Source: Rhina ancylostomus (taxonomy: Eukaryota). From it: 64,000 nt of DNA. The stretch is taken from the NCBI GenBank assembly GCA_030265395.1, contig JARFYF010000017.1, forward strand, positions 39,835,006 to 39,899,005, written 5' to 3'. The number at the start of each line of letters is the position of its first letter. Positions within the stretch are counted from its first letter, which is position 1. The notes under the pieces were generated by a model that was given only the letters and a program-made list of their open reading frames with translations, was not told the DNA's origin and searched no databases. Below, piece by piece: positions 1 through 13,242 of the stretch. A program made the position numbers and the translations under genes.

Positions 1-580
1 TACTCCATATCCTAGGTCTGTGACCCTCATTCTAGACTCGCATGCCAGCGAAATCGTCCAACCTGCATCTGGTCTCTGCAGGCCTGTTGTACCTTTCAGT
101 GTACTCCCTTCTCGTGCTAGTAAACTCTACTAAATACAGACCTAGTTGACCCAACCTCTCTGCATGCAGCCAGCATTCTGTTGAATCTCTCCCTTTATGA
201 CAAGTACATCGTTTCTTTCGTAAGGAGACTAAAACTACACACAATACTCCAGATGCGGTCTCACTGAGGTCCTTTATAACTGTAGCAGGACAGTCTAGCT
301 CCTGTACTCAAAACCTCTTGAGATGAAGGCCAGCTGACCATTTGCCATCTTAACTCTGCTTCACCTGCATATTTGCTTTCATGACTGGTGAGCTTAGATT
401 TTCGGGTCCGTTCTCCTATCAACATTCCTCAATATATCACGCTTCGTATAAAACTCTACCTTTGGTACTTCTCACCAAAGTCGACACCGTCACGTTTATC
501 CACATTATAGTGCATCTGCCATGTATTTGCCCACTCACTGAACTTGTCCAAGTTGCCTTGATGCCTGTGTGCCTTGCTCA
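1..580 (-). mobile_element. CR1-type LINE, 3' ORF2 fragment
   Basis: Minus ORF 456-713 contains QGNLDKFSEWANTWQMHYNVDK..FGEK, the CR1 RT C-terminal motif. Downstream sequence resembles the HLEYCV.FWSP region. Confidence 0.85.
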
Positions 581-3500
581 ATATCGCACCCAGTCTCATG
601 ACGCTGGTAAACTTAGAAATGTTACATACAGTTCCCACATCCAAAATGGATTCCAAAATGTGCAGTTTGTTAATAAGTTTTCTATAGAAAGCAAACTGGT
701 GTTTTGATTGCAAAGTAGTACAAAAGTTAATAAGATCATTTCAAACCTAAACGGTTAGAAATCTTGGAGAGCAAAAGTTTTGGAACCAGCAATCAGAAAG
801 GTGGTCAGCCAGAATATTGCCTCATTGAAGGTCCTGTCTCAGAAATGCAACTTCGGCACCTTATTTTTAAACTGTGTACTGCATAACAATCTTGTTTGTA
901 GTTCAACTGATGAGCAAATTTAACTGAAGTTACTAAGCACGCAGCATCTTATATTTGATCTTGAATATAAATCTGCAATATCAGTGAAGATGGCTTTGAT
1001 GAATCCTAAAGAACCTTGCACAAGTTTGCAGCTTACAGAGTAATCATCAAGGCAAGTCTTCCACAGCAGAACCCAAAGCACTTTGGTGAGGCTGGTGCAA
1101 ATCAGTGCCAGATTGTGTCAGAAGGCATCCACTGCAGTCAACAGCGGCAATATACTTTAACTGCCAGATGTGTTTAATCATTATCATCATTATCATGCAG
1201 GTCTAAAGCTATTGAATCAATTTAATTCTAGTGGTGCGCTATCTTTATGGATTGGAAGTTTTCACAGGGAGAAGCCAGAGGGAAGGAGTCCACACAGCAC
1301 TGAACCCAATGGAGAATTGGGCTCATGTAGAATTTATTGCACCGTGTCGGAAAGGAGAACAACATCAAACCGTAAGTGTGGTTAAACAATCAACGCAGTC
1401 ACATGAGCATTGACATAGTAGCAGATAAAGATAGCTACCTGAGCAAATTCAGCCCAGTGCAATTGACATGGAGTACAGTGGAATGATATTCGGGCAGAGT
1501 ATGGAAGATTTTAAGCCAACTGAAAATATTTAGGACATCACAAAGGTAATCAGAAGTACCACCAATGGTTGTTGTTGATGACACCAATTGACCAAAGTTG
1601 AAGGGCAAAGACTGACTCAGAAAATTGAAGCTAGGCAAAAAAAATAGGTGCTCAGTATGGATGTTTTAAAATCAGGCTGACAGGTGCTGCTGGGAAAGTG
1701 TACGGAAATGCTCCAGGACACCAGCATACACGTTACAGGTCACAATGCCCACATCCAGGTATAAAATAACATACTGAAAGCCTTGACATCTCCCAGATGC
1801 CAGCCAGTCAAGTATCTTCTGGAGAAGAGGCCTGGTTTAAAGACCCTCACCTCTCGGTTGTCATTGCCAAACAGCCCATCTTCAGCTTTCCCCTACGAAG
1901 CTTCAATGTGTAGCCCTTTCGGGAACAACAAGCTCTTCTCAACCGTAACCCCTCTCAACAAAGCCACAAGTGAAGAAAGATCACCTTACTGCTATTACTT
2001 CCCTGTAAGTGGCCCTCATTGCATTGGAAATGTGGATCAGTATGTCAGGAGAGGAGCTGAATGCAAATGAACGATCACCAATTCGTCCTGGCATGCATTG
2101 GGTGGATGCACATCATGGGTAGGGTTGGTCAAATTCTTAAAATCTCCCAGTGGTGACTCACAATGGCTGTTTTGCAACCACTGGGACCTGTAACACGCAC
2201 GTAACAGTTGAATTTCTGGGCCTATATATCTGTACCAATAATGCTCCAGGATCCCATATACTTCTCCACCTCTCTGCCACCTTCAGAGATCTGTAGATGT
2301 ACTGCCAGGAGCCTTTGGAATGGGCTGCCATTTTGTGTGGTTGACCATAGTCAGGCAAACACCACACTGACTGATGCTCGGTTCTTTGTCGCTGAATTCA
2401 CCAAAGTAACCTACTGCACTATTTCTATAAGCCACAAGGCTCAGAGATGAATTCCAGATTTCATTCCCAACTCAACTTGACACTGTTTTTATTTAATATT
2501 TTTATATTTCCCCATTTTTCATATGGCTGTAGGTGAGGCAGTCAATACACACAGTGGTACACAAGGTCTCACAATTGTGTGGGATAGGCTGGATGGGCCA
2601 AAAGATCTTTGCTTGTCAACTAGCAGTTGTGTGTTTGTACCTATTTCTGTAAATAGCACATGAGCCAGAAAGGTTGGTGAGTTACTCCTAAAAAGACACT
2701 AATATATCAGTCGACTTAAAGACATTTGTAAGAAATGCAACATTCTATAAGGAGGGTACTTTGTTTTAGATGAGTATGAATATCTATTGGGAGACTACTA
2801 TTTTTACACTGTCTTATGACGACCTTTTGGAATAAAGGAATCTCTTGATGCATCCATTTACTGACAGCATAAGGCTCATTTCAGTTAACAGGTTTTGATA
2901 GCAATACAAAACCCAACTATATATGGAACATAAACAATGTTCCACAGCACTTAAAACTCCAGTTCTACTCCTGAAACATCATTGCCAAATGCAGGACAGG
3001 AACATTTTGCTGAAGTCAATAGAATTAGCTATCTCCTACAAATAGGATGATTACAGTTATCAGTTTTAGCAATTCACCATTAAGACTGACTCCTTTTCCA
3101 CAAATGGTCGGGACACAACACAGCCCTACCAGATGCACTGGCTTCCTCTGCCCCACAGATTTATTTCAGAATGCAATCTTATTTCCAAATCTCTCCATGG
3201 TCTTTTCCTCAGTCTACTGATTTCTCAGACAGCACAGTGTCCTCTGAAATTCTTTTTCCAAACTACTTTACCATGTCACCTCTCATGAGCTTCTTGCAGA
3301 TCTCTCGCCCTCTCTTTGTACTTTCAGCTCTCCTGCTAAATATCCCCCATCCTCACTGTGGCTCATCTCTCCTTCTGCAATGTCTCTGACGACATTCTTT
3401 TGCAAGGAGGACAACTCAAAAGCAAGTTGCTGTTCTGCAAAGAATAGTTAACATTTGAAGAGATTACCACTGCCACTTTGCAGTTAATGAACTGGCCTTC

Positions 3501-4074
3501 CTGTTTTTAATGCAAGGACAACAGAAACATCCACACAAAACATCCATCAAACTCCTATTAATCTGAGAACTTTCATTCAATCCCCATATGGCCCTAGAGA
3601 GATCAGTTCAGTGAGATTTATGCTCTTAGATCAGCACAACTGGTGTACGCATTTCTCTTCTGCTGAATTACATCTCTAACTAATTAACAAGGACATTTGA
3701 ATTTGGCAGATAAGCATTCACAATCTGTAACACAACAAAAAGGTCTGCATGTTCTACAAGCCACCATCTGTGGAAATGGAGATGCTGAGAAATAAAGATC
3801 GATTAGGACACAATTTGCTTGAAAAGTGATGGCCTCTCTCAGTTTTGTTGAAACACTTAACCTTCTCACTCAGTTACTGTTTTTTTTTCAGAATTTTCCA
3901 TAGTAACACAAGTCTTAAAATAACTTTAAATCAGTCTCAGGGAGATCATCATTATGATAATTCTAAACCAAGGGCAAAGTGAAGACAGGCTGTGAGAAAT
4001 ATGATTTCAGATTCAATAATTCACCTTACCAAAGTAAAACAGAACACCCAAATGTGTAAAAAGTAGGGACCATT

Positions 4075-4285
4075 CATTGAGAGATACTTCCTGTCACTGA
4101 ACTCCAGTTGAAGTGCGGAACTCCCTCTGCCAAAATAGCCCCGAATGCTGAGTCAATCAATATCTAAAGGGTAAATGTGGGTTAGGGAACTAAGATGGGT
4201 AAATTGAATTATGAAACTTATCAGCCATGAACTAATTGAATGGTGGAACAGGCTTGAAGGCACACCTACACCTCTGGTACTATTT
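4075..4285 (+). mobile_element. CR1-type LINE 3' end fragment
   Basis: tcagccatgaactaattgaatggtggaacaggcttgaagg resembles the shark CR1/HER1 3' UTR. Confidence 0.65.
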
Positions 4286-4889
4286 CAATCTGTGGGACAG
4301 ACACCCTCAGAGACAGTGGAAGTATTTATCGACAACTCATTCAAGGAAAGTTGGATGGATTTCTCTCAGCAAACAGCATTTTGGGACACAATATAAAGTT
4401 ACCTTGAGGTACAATATGCAGAGGTAGCATGATTCCACCAAGCAACTTGGAGCCAGGGCTCCAACATTCTGCTTGAGTGATCACAGTTAACGTGAATGAT
4501 GAAAGATATATTCAGAATGAAGAGCTAGTGACTGAAGGAACAGAGGAAACCCACTGTGTTCTCTTTGTGCCCTTTCATGGCTGGGTGCAAGTGTAAACTG
4601 AGAAACTCACCCTCCCCGAGGAGAAGTCTGGAATCCCCAGATGTCACATCACCCATTCCCCACACCTGGCAGCCCCCATACCCGCTGTTTCATCCACCGT
4701 CTCCCACAACTGCTGCCGTCCACCACTTCCACAATTTTGGCCCATACACCATTCCCCCAGATATGGTCGCCCAAACACCCTCCCGTTCCTCCACACTGGT
4801 TCCCCATTCACCACTGCCTCAGATTCTGTGGGACATCTGGTATCCTCCCAGATGTGACTCCCAGGCTACTAACCCCTACAACTGTCAAA

Positions 4890-5233
4890 CAGAATCAATA
4901 AGGTCAGAAACAAGCCCTTCAGCCCATTGGGTTCATATCGGTTAAAAGCACATTAATCCCCATATTCCTCTCAACTTTAATCTCCCCATAATCCATTCAA
5001 ATGCCCCCAGATTTTACCACTCACTTACACACTGGGGGTAATTCACAGTGGCCAATTAACCTACTAATCTGCATGTTTTTGGGACGTGGGAGGATACTGG
5101 AGCACTTGGAAGAATCCCAGGAGTCATAAGAGAATATGCAAATTCCACAAAGAGAGCAGTTGGTGGTCAAGATCAAACCTCGGTCGCTGGAAGTGTGGGA
5201 CAACCTCGCTACTTGCTGAGCCACTGTACCACC
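4890..5233 (-). mobile_element. V-SINE (HE1-like) with CR1-derived tail
   Basis: tRNA-like head at about 5150-5233, V-domain (gtgggaggatactggagcac..gagaatatgcaaattccaca) and a CR1-type tail (aaacaagcccttcagccc). Confidence 0.85.
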
Positions 5234-6807
5234 TTCAAACGATATCTCTACTTGTATATCTGTGGTCGATATATCTATGGTAGATATCTCTACAGTCTCC
5301 AGTCACTGAAACCTGCCACTTGCTGCAGAGAAGTGCATGGCTGTAATCATGTACCCACCAAATCCTTTGCTCCAATGTCTTAAAGAATCTACATGGTGAC
5401 TATGTTTAAGTGTTGTGTGCACAGATCAATAATGTCAACAACTGGATGTGGGATTCACACTTTAGAACGCTTACAAATGCTCACTGCTTTCCTCGAGGTA
5501 TTTTTGTTTGATTAAAGAGTCATTGACATCATTGTCTCTGTACTACCAAACAGAATAATAGGGACCTTGTTCCCTTCACCCAGTGATTGCATGAATACTT
5601 TGCTCCGTTTCTTGATTAACTACAATTAGTAGGATTTAGCTTGGGTTAGTAAGTAATCAAACCAAGTTATGGGCGAGAAAGAAAGGTAGCAAGCCTATTA
5701 CACTGACTGAGACAGTAGGCAGCATGCGATGCCTCAGTCATACACTCATTCAGCAGTCAGGTTCCTCGTTAACTGGGGGATGACAGCAACATTGTAAAGG
5801 GTATTATAAGCAACATCATAAATGTTTGCCTACAAACATTGCAATTTACTACCTTAATGAATGCCTGCATTAATGAATGGAACTGTTTTTTCAAGTTTGC
5901 TAATGATTATATCAAGTACAGTTTGATCAGATACAAACTGTCCTAATGCTGATTTACTGTTAACTTTAGAAGGATATCCCACTATCTCTGTGAATTTGTC
6001 ATTCTCCCATTTCAGTATAAAACTGGAAGTCTTCTGGCCCCAAAGTGGTCAAATTAAATTAATTCTGATACCCAGCAGAAGGAAGAGACTTTCATTGTGT
6101 TAATGTGGGTTGGTGTTCTGAATTGTACAAACACGTTCACATGCACAGCTGGAAGGAGGGCTCAGAGCATCAGCCAGTCCCCTTCAGTGATGCCAGATTG
6201 TAAAAATGAAATGAAATGAGAAAATGCTGTAGATACTTTAGTTTCTTCACCTTTGTTGCATTGAAGATGCCACCTTCCAAGACAGGACCACCAACTGGTC
6301 TATTCTCCACTCTCAAGGATTCTTTCCATCTTGGATGATAGAGCTCTCAACCATCTCATTTCATACACTGCCTCACCTACCTCCGAGAATGATAGTAGTG
6401 TTTCCCTTGTCCTCACTTTCCCTCTAACCAGCCTCTATGTACAACACTCTGCTACTTCTGGCATCCACCAAATATACCTTTTCCTCCTCTTCCCTTCAGC
6501 ATTTCCAGGGATTGCTCTCTGTACAACAACTGGTTCCACTCTTTAACCATCCTGATCCTATTGTACCCACCCATGCAGGTAGGGCAAGCATAATGCCTGT
6601 TTGGCTTTCCCCTCTCCACATCCAGAATTCCAAGTACTCCTCCCAGCGAACAAATCAAACCACGCATGACGTTCAACTTAGTACATTGTATTTGCTGCTC
6701 AAGATGCGGACATTTTGACATTAAGGTGATTATACTCGGACTGGGTGACGGTTTATGAGACCATTCATCCAGTTTAAGCATCACCCTGAGCTTCTTGTGA
6801 CCATCAC

Positions 6808-7516
6808 GCACCAAAACCTCGCTTAGCTGGCAGTGAGAGGGGCCCTCCCTGTCAGAGCCTTCCTGTACAGACGACATATCATCCCCAATGCGCGCTGCCC
6901 TCAGGACAGCTGCAGTGGGGAAGAGACGGTCACCCACCTCTGTGCAGACTGTGGATTTGCCATGAGGGTGTGGAGAAGAACGCAAGGGTCCGTTTCTTGG
7001 TCCATCCTCAGCAGCTGCATAACAGAAGACTCTCCGATCTATGGGTTGTTCCCAGGGACACACACCAAGACAGAATTCAAGTGCTACTGGAAGGTCATCA
7101 ACTCGGTGAAGGATGCCTTTTGGTCTGCCCGAAACTTGTTGGTCTTCCAGCACAGTGAGATGTCCGTAAGGGAATGCTGCCGACTGGCACAGTCCAGGCT
7201 GCAGGACTTAGTGCTGAGGCATGCACTGAAGCTCAGTGCAGCCACTGCTAAGGCTCTGAGGGGAAGGACAACAGTCTGGGCTACCTCGTCTACCATACAC
7301 GGAGTGGCAGAGGTGGGTGGGGAAGCCTCTTGAACAATAAAAGTGTGTATCACCCCAGGGGACCACATGTGGTAAAGCTGCTGGGTTTTTTTTCTTTTAA
7401 AAAGGTTTTCACCACTGAATATAATGACCATGAATTTAAGTGTCTCTGCACAGCTTCTTCCTTTAGATATGTTTTTGATTATGAATAAAGTCTATTTTTG
7501 AAATAAATACAAAAAA
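6808..7516 (+). mobile_element. Tx1-clade (L1 superfamily) LINE, 5'-truncated, zf-RVT C-terminus plus 3' UTR
   Basis: ORF 6833-7333 GALPVRAFLYRRHIIPNARCPQDSCSGEETVTHLCADC has a CCHC-type zinc knuckle. The copy ends tatgaataaagtctatttttgaaataaatacaaaaaa. Confidence 0.88.
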
Positions 7517-7557
7517 CTTTCTTTCAATGCAACATCATGTCTGTAAGTGAACAACAT

Positions 7558-7875
7558 TGACTGGTACATACAAGGCTGCAGGAGTACATGCTAAAGGATG
7601 CACTGAAGCTCAGTGCAGCCAATGCAAAGGCATTATGAGGAGGTACTACAAACTATGGTCCTGTCACCACCAGATACTGAGGGTCTGGGTCCTGTGTAAC
7701 AGCCTCTCAAAACACTTGACTCAAGCACTTATTGTTCAAAGAGGCCACGAGTGGCATTAGTGCTTTGCAAGTAGAAGGTATTGGTTTGATGAAACTTTGC
7801 ATGTAATGAGAGACACGTGCTGATTGTATTCTATTTCCTGTACTATATTTTTATGAATAAAGTTTATGTTTGAAC
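7558..7875 (+). mobile_element. Second, shorter Tx1-clade 3' fragment
   Basis: aggctgcaggagtacatgctaaaggatgcactgaagctcagtgcagcc is similar to 7195-7245, and the copy ends tatgaataaagtttatg. Confidence 0.8.
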
Positions 7876-8440
7876 GTAGAAAGGGATCAGTCCTTGAGTT
7901 CCTATTCTAATGAAGTTCACTCTAGTTTCAGGTACTTACAGTGTCTCATCTACTTTTTTCCAGTGCCTTGCACTGTTCAGGATTCAACACAGAGCTCACA
8001 AATTGCAGATGGTAACAGCTGCTCGCATGTTTGCAGACCCCATTTGGTGGTAATGATGCTGCTGCTGCCACTTCAGCTCACCCAGACCCTCTTCTGTTTT
8101 CTTTATTGACCCATTACCACACATTGCATTGCAACTTCAGCTTTATTATTTAATCTCTCCCATCTTCCATCCTGACAAAGACAAACCCTTTGCTCCCCTG
8201 GCCACACTCTGCCTCATTGCTTACAACATGTTGGACCACTAGCTTTCTTTTCAGTTGTGATCAATGTCACCAACCTGAAACATTAACTTTGTTTCCCTCT
8301 CTAAGGATGTTGCATGACCTGACTCACAACTTCAGCATTCCCTATTTTTGTGATGCCCATTTAAAATAAAAAAGCTCTCAAAAGACCCAGATAAACACTC
8401 AGAGTAGTTGATTGAAAAGTGACAGAACAAGCACAAACTA

Positions 8441-8608
<168 letters not shown>

Positions 8609-9139
8609 TCATAATTCTTTTCGATTCCAATTATTCCGAGAAGAGCAGCAGCTGCACGTGACAATTTAAATGTCAGAATGGTTAGCAACTTGTATGCCAT
8701 AGAAATGCTTTACAGGATTCTAATTGACTCAGACTCTCACCACATGATTTGTAATAGTACAAAGCAGAAAAATACACTTTTGTGTTATTGAAAAAGGACT
8801 CAAATAATCCATAAAAGTAAAGACCAAATACTTAGAATGACAGTGAGGAGAAAATGCATATATAACATGCAAAGTTCTATATGGAAATTTTATTCAGACT
8901 TCTTTTAAAAGAAACACACTATAGAAAGATGGCACATAGTTTTCAATGTAGAGGGAAAATACTCCAAGCACCATTCACAGGGAACAGATTTTAATGTTGG
9001 AGTTATTTAAAAGGCACAGGAAGGCATTCTTGTCTGGAACTGACGTAAACAAAGAGCACAAGGCTGCAGAGCAATACCTTGCAGACGTGGAACCACAACC
9101 TGTGCTTAACTAACAGAGAAGTACTTTGTACTGTGCTCT

Positions 9140-9340
9140 CTGTGCTCAAATGGCAGCTCTGAGTCAGAAGGAGGTTAAGTTCTAGTCCCACCACAGCGCT
9201 AACTGCATAATCCAGCCTGACATTTGAATGTCGTGCTGGGGCGATGTTACATTGTTCGAGGGCCTACCATCTCAAGAAAGACATTGAACTGGTACACCAA
9301 CTGCTTGCTCAGGGTACGTTCAAAGAGAAACAAAGAGTTC
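9140..9340 (+). mobile_element. DeuSINE (SacSINE1-like) 5' portion
   Basis: ctctgagtcagaagg..ttctagtcccac..aatccagcctgaca..cattgttcgaggg resembles the shark SacSINE1 head and body. Confidence 0.6.
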
Positions 9341-9344
9341 CAAC

Positions 9345-10130
9345 ACCCTTCGATTGACCATCTTCAGCTGATTCATCAACGACCTTCCTCCCACCCCAAG
9401 GTCAGAAGTGGGAATGTTCACTGATGATTGCACAATGCTCAGTTCCAATTGTACCTCCTCAGCATGTGATGCAGCCCATGACTGAGTGCAGAAAAACCCA
9501 GACAACATTCAGGCATGGGCCTACAAGTGGCAAGTGACACCTGAGCCATACAACTGCCAGGCGATGACTACTGCCAACCAGAGAGAGGCTAAACATCTAG
9601 GTCTGACCTTCACCAGGTCCCCCACCATTAGCATCCTGACCAACTGGTCCAAACACATAAATATGGTGGCTACAAGAGGAAGTCAGAGGCAAGACATCCT
9701 GTAGTGAGCAATTCACCTCTTGATACACCAAAGCTTTTCCATTGTCACTTCACTTGTCTGGATGAGTGCATCAATCAAAATATTCACACCTTCTGTCATT
9801 TGTACACTGTAGCAACAGAGTATACAATCTACAAAATGCAAACCATTTCCTCATTTAGTCAATTCTGACAGCATCCCCCACGTCTGTGAACTCTACCAGC
9901 AAGAAGGACTAGGGCAGTAGGTGCATGGGAACACCACTGTTTGCAGGTTCCCCTCCAAATCATACACCACCGTGACTCGGAAATACATCACTGTTTCTTC
10001 ACTGGCACTGTGTCTAAATCCTGGAATTCCCTAATACAATGGGAGTACCTTCACCAGAAGGTAGCAGTGGTTCACCACCAACTTTTCAAAGGCTATGGGC
10101 ATGGCCAAAAAGTGCTAGTCTTGTCATTTA
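9345..10130 (+). mobile_element. CR1-superfamily LINE (second family), RT to 3' UTR
   Basis: Translates FINDLP..RSEVGMFTDDCTM (the FADD RT motif, mutated) and PDNIQAWAYKWQVT.EPYNCQAMT. Confidence 0.85.
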
Positions 10131-10404
10131 TCTGTTAGTTATTTGTGGATTTTTGCCGAGTTCACATGACAGCCTTTCATAATCTAGTCATTGAAAAGGA
10201 GTTTGAGGTGTTCAGTGGATCGAACAAAACTCGCTGAATTCAAGACCGTTTACTATATTTCTTGCAAAATAGGTCATCCTCTGAGTGATGGTATAGGATA
10301 TCTGCCCTTATATATTACAGCGCTTATATATTATAGTACAGATATACATCAACAGCACTGACCACACATACACATTGCAGTCTAGGATAACATCTGCAAA
10401 GTAC

Positions 10405-10858
10405 TGGACTTATCACGGGCACATCCCTCCCCACCATCAGTAGTATCTGCAGGAGGCCCTGCCTCAAGAAGGTAACATTCATCATCAACAATCCCCACCA
10501 TCCAGGCCATCCCATCTTCTCTTACCTTCAGGCAGGAGGTATGGAAGGCTGAAGTCCCACACCACCAGGTTCAAGAACAGCTACTTATCTTCAAACATTC
10601 AGTTCTTGAACCAACCCCCTGCACAACCCTAATCACGACAGTTTAGCAACACTATGACCAATTTAATCACTTTGCACTAAAATTATTTTGGTTTTTTTCT
10701 GTTCTAATTGCATTCTTTCTTATAAAAAATGTTTAATTTATGTTTAATTTATGGTTTTCTTGTGAGTGCTGCTTAAACGATGCTATGTGCCTGTGATGCT
10801 GTTACAAGTAAGTTTTACATTGCACCTGTACTTGTGCATGTGACAATAAACTCGACTT
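10405..10858 (+). mobile_element. Rex1/Babar LINE 3' fragment
   Basis: ITGTSLPTISSI..RPCLKK..FIINNPHHPGH..SGRRY.RLKSHTTRFKNSY, with the tail gcatgtgacaataaactcgac. Confidence 0.85.
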
Positions 10859-11149
10859 TGGCACATCTCCACATTCGGGACTTTGGTTGTGCCGGACAGG
10901 CAGATTTTCCGGACTATTGGATATTATTCCATCAAATACGCCATCACACCTTTCATTTGTTCAAGACGCTACACAGTATTATTACAAGTTTCCCAGTGAA
11001 CCTGGCAGATTTAAAGGGACTGCAGGTACTGGAGCCCCAGCTCATTTCAAGAGAGCCAGGGAACCACTGGGATTTCCAAGTTTTGCCACAAAAAATTGAA
11101 AGTTCCAAATGTGTGCAAACCATGCTCAATAGATAAGGTACAGCTGAAG

Positions 11150-12130
11150 GCTAAAAGGGGTTTAGACAAGTTCAAAGTAACGTTATATATTTAAAAAAAA
11201 GGTATGTTGAGAAATTATTAAAAACAGCTTAAAAAGGGAATACAAGGTAAACCTGCAAGGCATATTAAACATAACAGTGAATTATAAATATATTGAGGGA
11301 AAAAAAGTACTTAAGGAAAATGTGGATCCATTAAATCCAGACATGCTACTGTGATAGGCAATGAAGAAAGTGAAGACTTATGAATTGATTAATTGCACTG
11401 ATACACACTGCAGGAAGAGGACAAATTATTAATCGTGCAAGATAAACCAAAAGTAAATCAGGGGAGGAGGCTTTATAGATTCTAGGGAGAAAGAATATTG
11501 GTAAATGAGAAGCTACTGAATTAGCATCTGAGGGCTTCCGACCCAGGAAATTAAAATAGGTGAATCACAGAGTAGAAATTAATCCTCAAAGAGTTGTACT
11601 AAAATATGCACATTAAGCAAAGATCGTACACCGCTACTGAAATTGATTTCCTTTGAAAAATGTCTTTGGAGAAATGGCAGTAAAGATTCACCCAATGATA
11701 CTGAAGCTTCAAGTGATAAATGATGAGGACATTATGCAAAATCATGGCTTGCATTCGTGAGTACAGGAAATGGGAGGGTCAATCTCATTCAGATGTTTTA
11801 CAGAATAAAATGATCCAGTAAGGCAGATAAGGAGAAAGCATATCCTCAGGTGGGTAGATCCAGTACAACAGAACATCATTTCAACATTAGAGCTATTCGG
11901 GGATGAGGTCAGGATAAAAGAAAATAGAAACGTTTAACCTTTTCCCCCATAAATGTTGCAGAATCTTGACCGATAATAATTACAAGACCGAGATTAATCG
12001 ATCCTTGTTCTGTGAAGGCATCAATAAACACAAAGCAATGTTGAACTGAGGTATTAATCACATCAACTGAACGATGGATCAGGTTCAAGTAGCTTAATGG
12101 CAACTTCTGTTCTCTATTCGATGTCACGTT
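11150..12130 (+). mobile_element. Old, internally deleted CR1 LINE
   Basis: Remnants resembling YKYI..K..KENV.PL..IGNEE, followed by a CR1 3' ORF2/UTR-like stretch from about 11770. Confidence 0.55.
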
Positions 12131-12814
12131 CCAAGGTCACACAGCAACTCTAATTCTGTCTTGATTCAATTTGTGTTTCTTCCACTGATTGGCTGCAATG
12201 CATAATTTATTGGTTGTAATTGATTGCCAAATGCAAATTTTTCAAAAGGCTGCAAACCAATCAAACCGATCAGCATACTCTAGGCTGCCAACTGTTGTCT
12301 GAAACAAGACCCAATATAATAATAAAACATCAAAGTAGCAATATCTCACAATTAAAAGGCTAAGTTAACTCATAATAAAACCATTTGTGACTTCCATTAA
12401 GATTTCTACTTGATGATACGTTTTCCTCAAACGCCTGAACTTGTTATTCATCAGATGGAGCATCTNNNNNNNNNNNNNNNNNNTTTTAAAATTAATTAGG
12501 AGGATACTTTTATTGTTAATATGAAACACCTCTCCCCCTTAACATTTAATAGGATTATTTTTAATTAAATAACTTGTGTAGGGTTCATACATTCAACAGA
12601 TAACGAAGACAGATTTACCTGCTACACTCAAACCTCCCTCAGCCCTGTCCTGATCCAATACTAATGACCTTCTGTGCTAGAGTCACTCTATAATGCCATC
12701 CTTAATGAGAACAATTTAGGGACAGGTTACAGAAAGGGGAAGAAAGAACAATGTCTCTGTTTGTTAGGTTCTTGCTACAGAAGTTCAATGTCGAAACTGG
12801 AAGCTGAGAGCTAC

Positions 12815-13242
12815 TACCTGGAGTATTACATTCAGTTCTGGTCGCCCCATTATAGGAAAGATGTGGATGCTTTGGAGAAGGTGCAGAAGAGGTTTACCGG
12901 GATGCTACCTGGGTTAGAGAGCAGGTGCTACAAGGAGAGGTTGGACAAACTTAGGTTGTTTTACCTGGAGCGGCGGAGGCTGAGGGGACACACGATAGAC
13001 GTTTATAAGATTATGAGAGGCATAGATACAGTAGACTGCTGGTATCTTTGTCCCAGCGTTGAAATGTATAATACTAGAGGGCATGCATTTTATGTGAGGG
13101 GGCTAAATTCAAAGGAGATGTGCAGGGCCTGGAATTTTTATGTGGAGAGTGGTGGGTGCCTGGAATGCACTGCTAGGGGTGCTGGTGTAGGCAAATACGA
13201 TAGAGGCATTTAATAGGCTCTTGGATAGGCACATGAATGTGT
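12815..13242 (+). mobile_element. CR1/HER1 LINE 3' ORF2 fragment
   Basis: LEYYIQFWSPHYRKDVDALEKVQKRFTGMLPGLE..YKERLDKLRLFYLERRRLRG..VYKIMRGID. Confidence 0.93.

Larger units (their letters stand above)
6290..8350 (+). mobile_element. Decayed Penelope-like element (GIY-YIG region plus 3' terminal repeat), interrupted by two Tx1 insertions
   Basis: Degenerate translation includes VSLVLTF and FNLVHCICCSRCGHFDI..LGDG (compare NLVYCIRCSRCGLLYIGET.RRLGDRF). It resumes after 7880 with NE.. and GFNTELTN, then the terminal-repeat motif at about 8255-8350. Confidence 0.7.

Noticed and set aside
4556-4945. Pro-rich 129-aa ORF, and similar ORFs at 53359-53902
   Set aside because: C-rich low-complexity DNA lacks stops by composition; there is no coding signature.
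6452-7153. Longest ORF in the window (233 aa, minus strand)
   Set aside because: It is the antisense shadow of the Tx1 and Penelope fragments and is not a recognisable protein.
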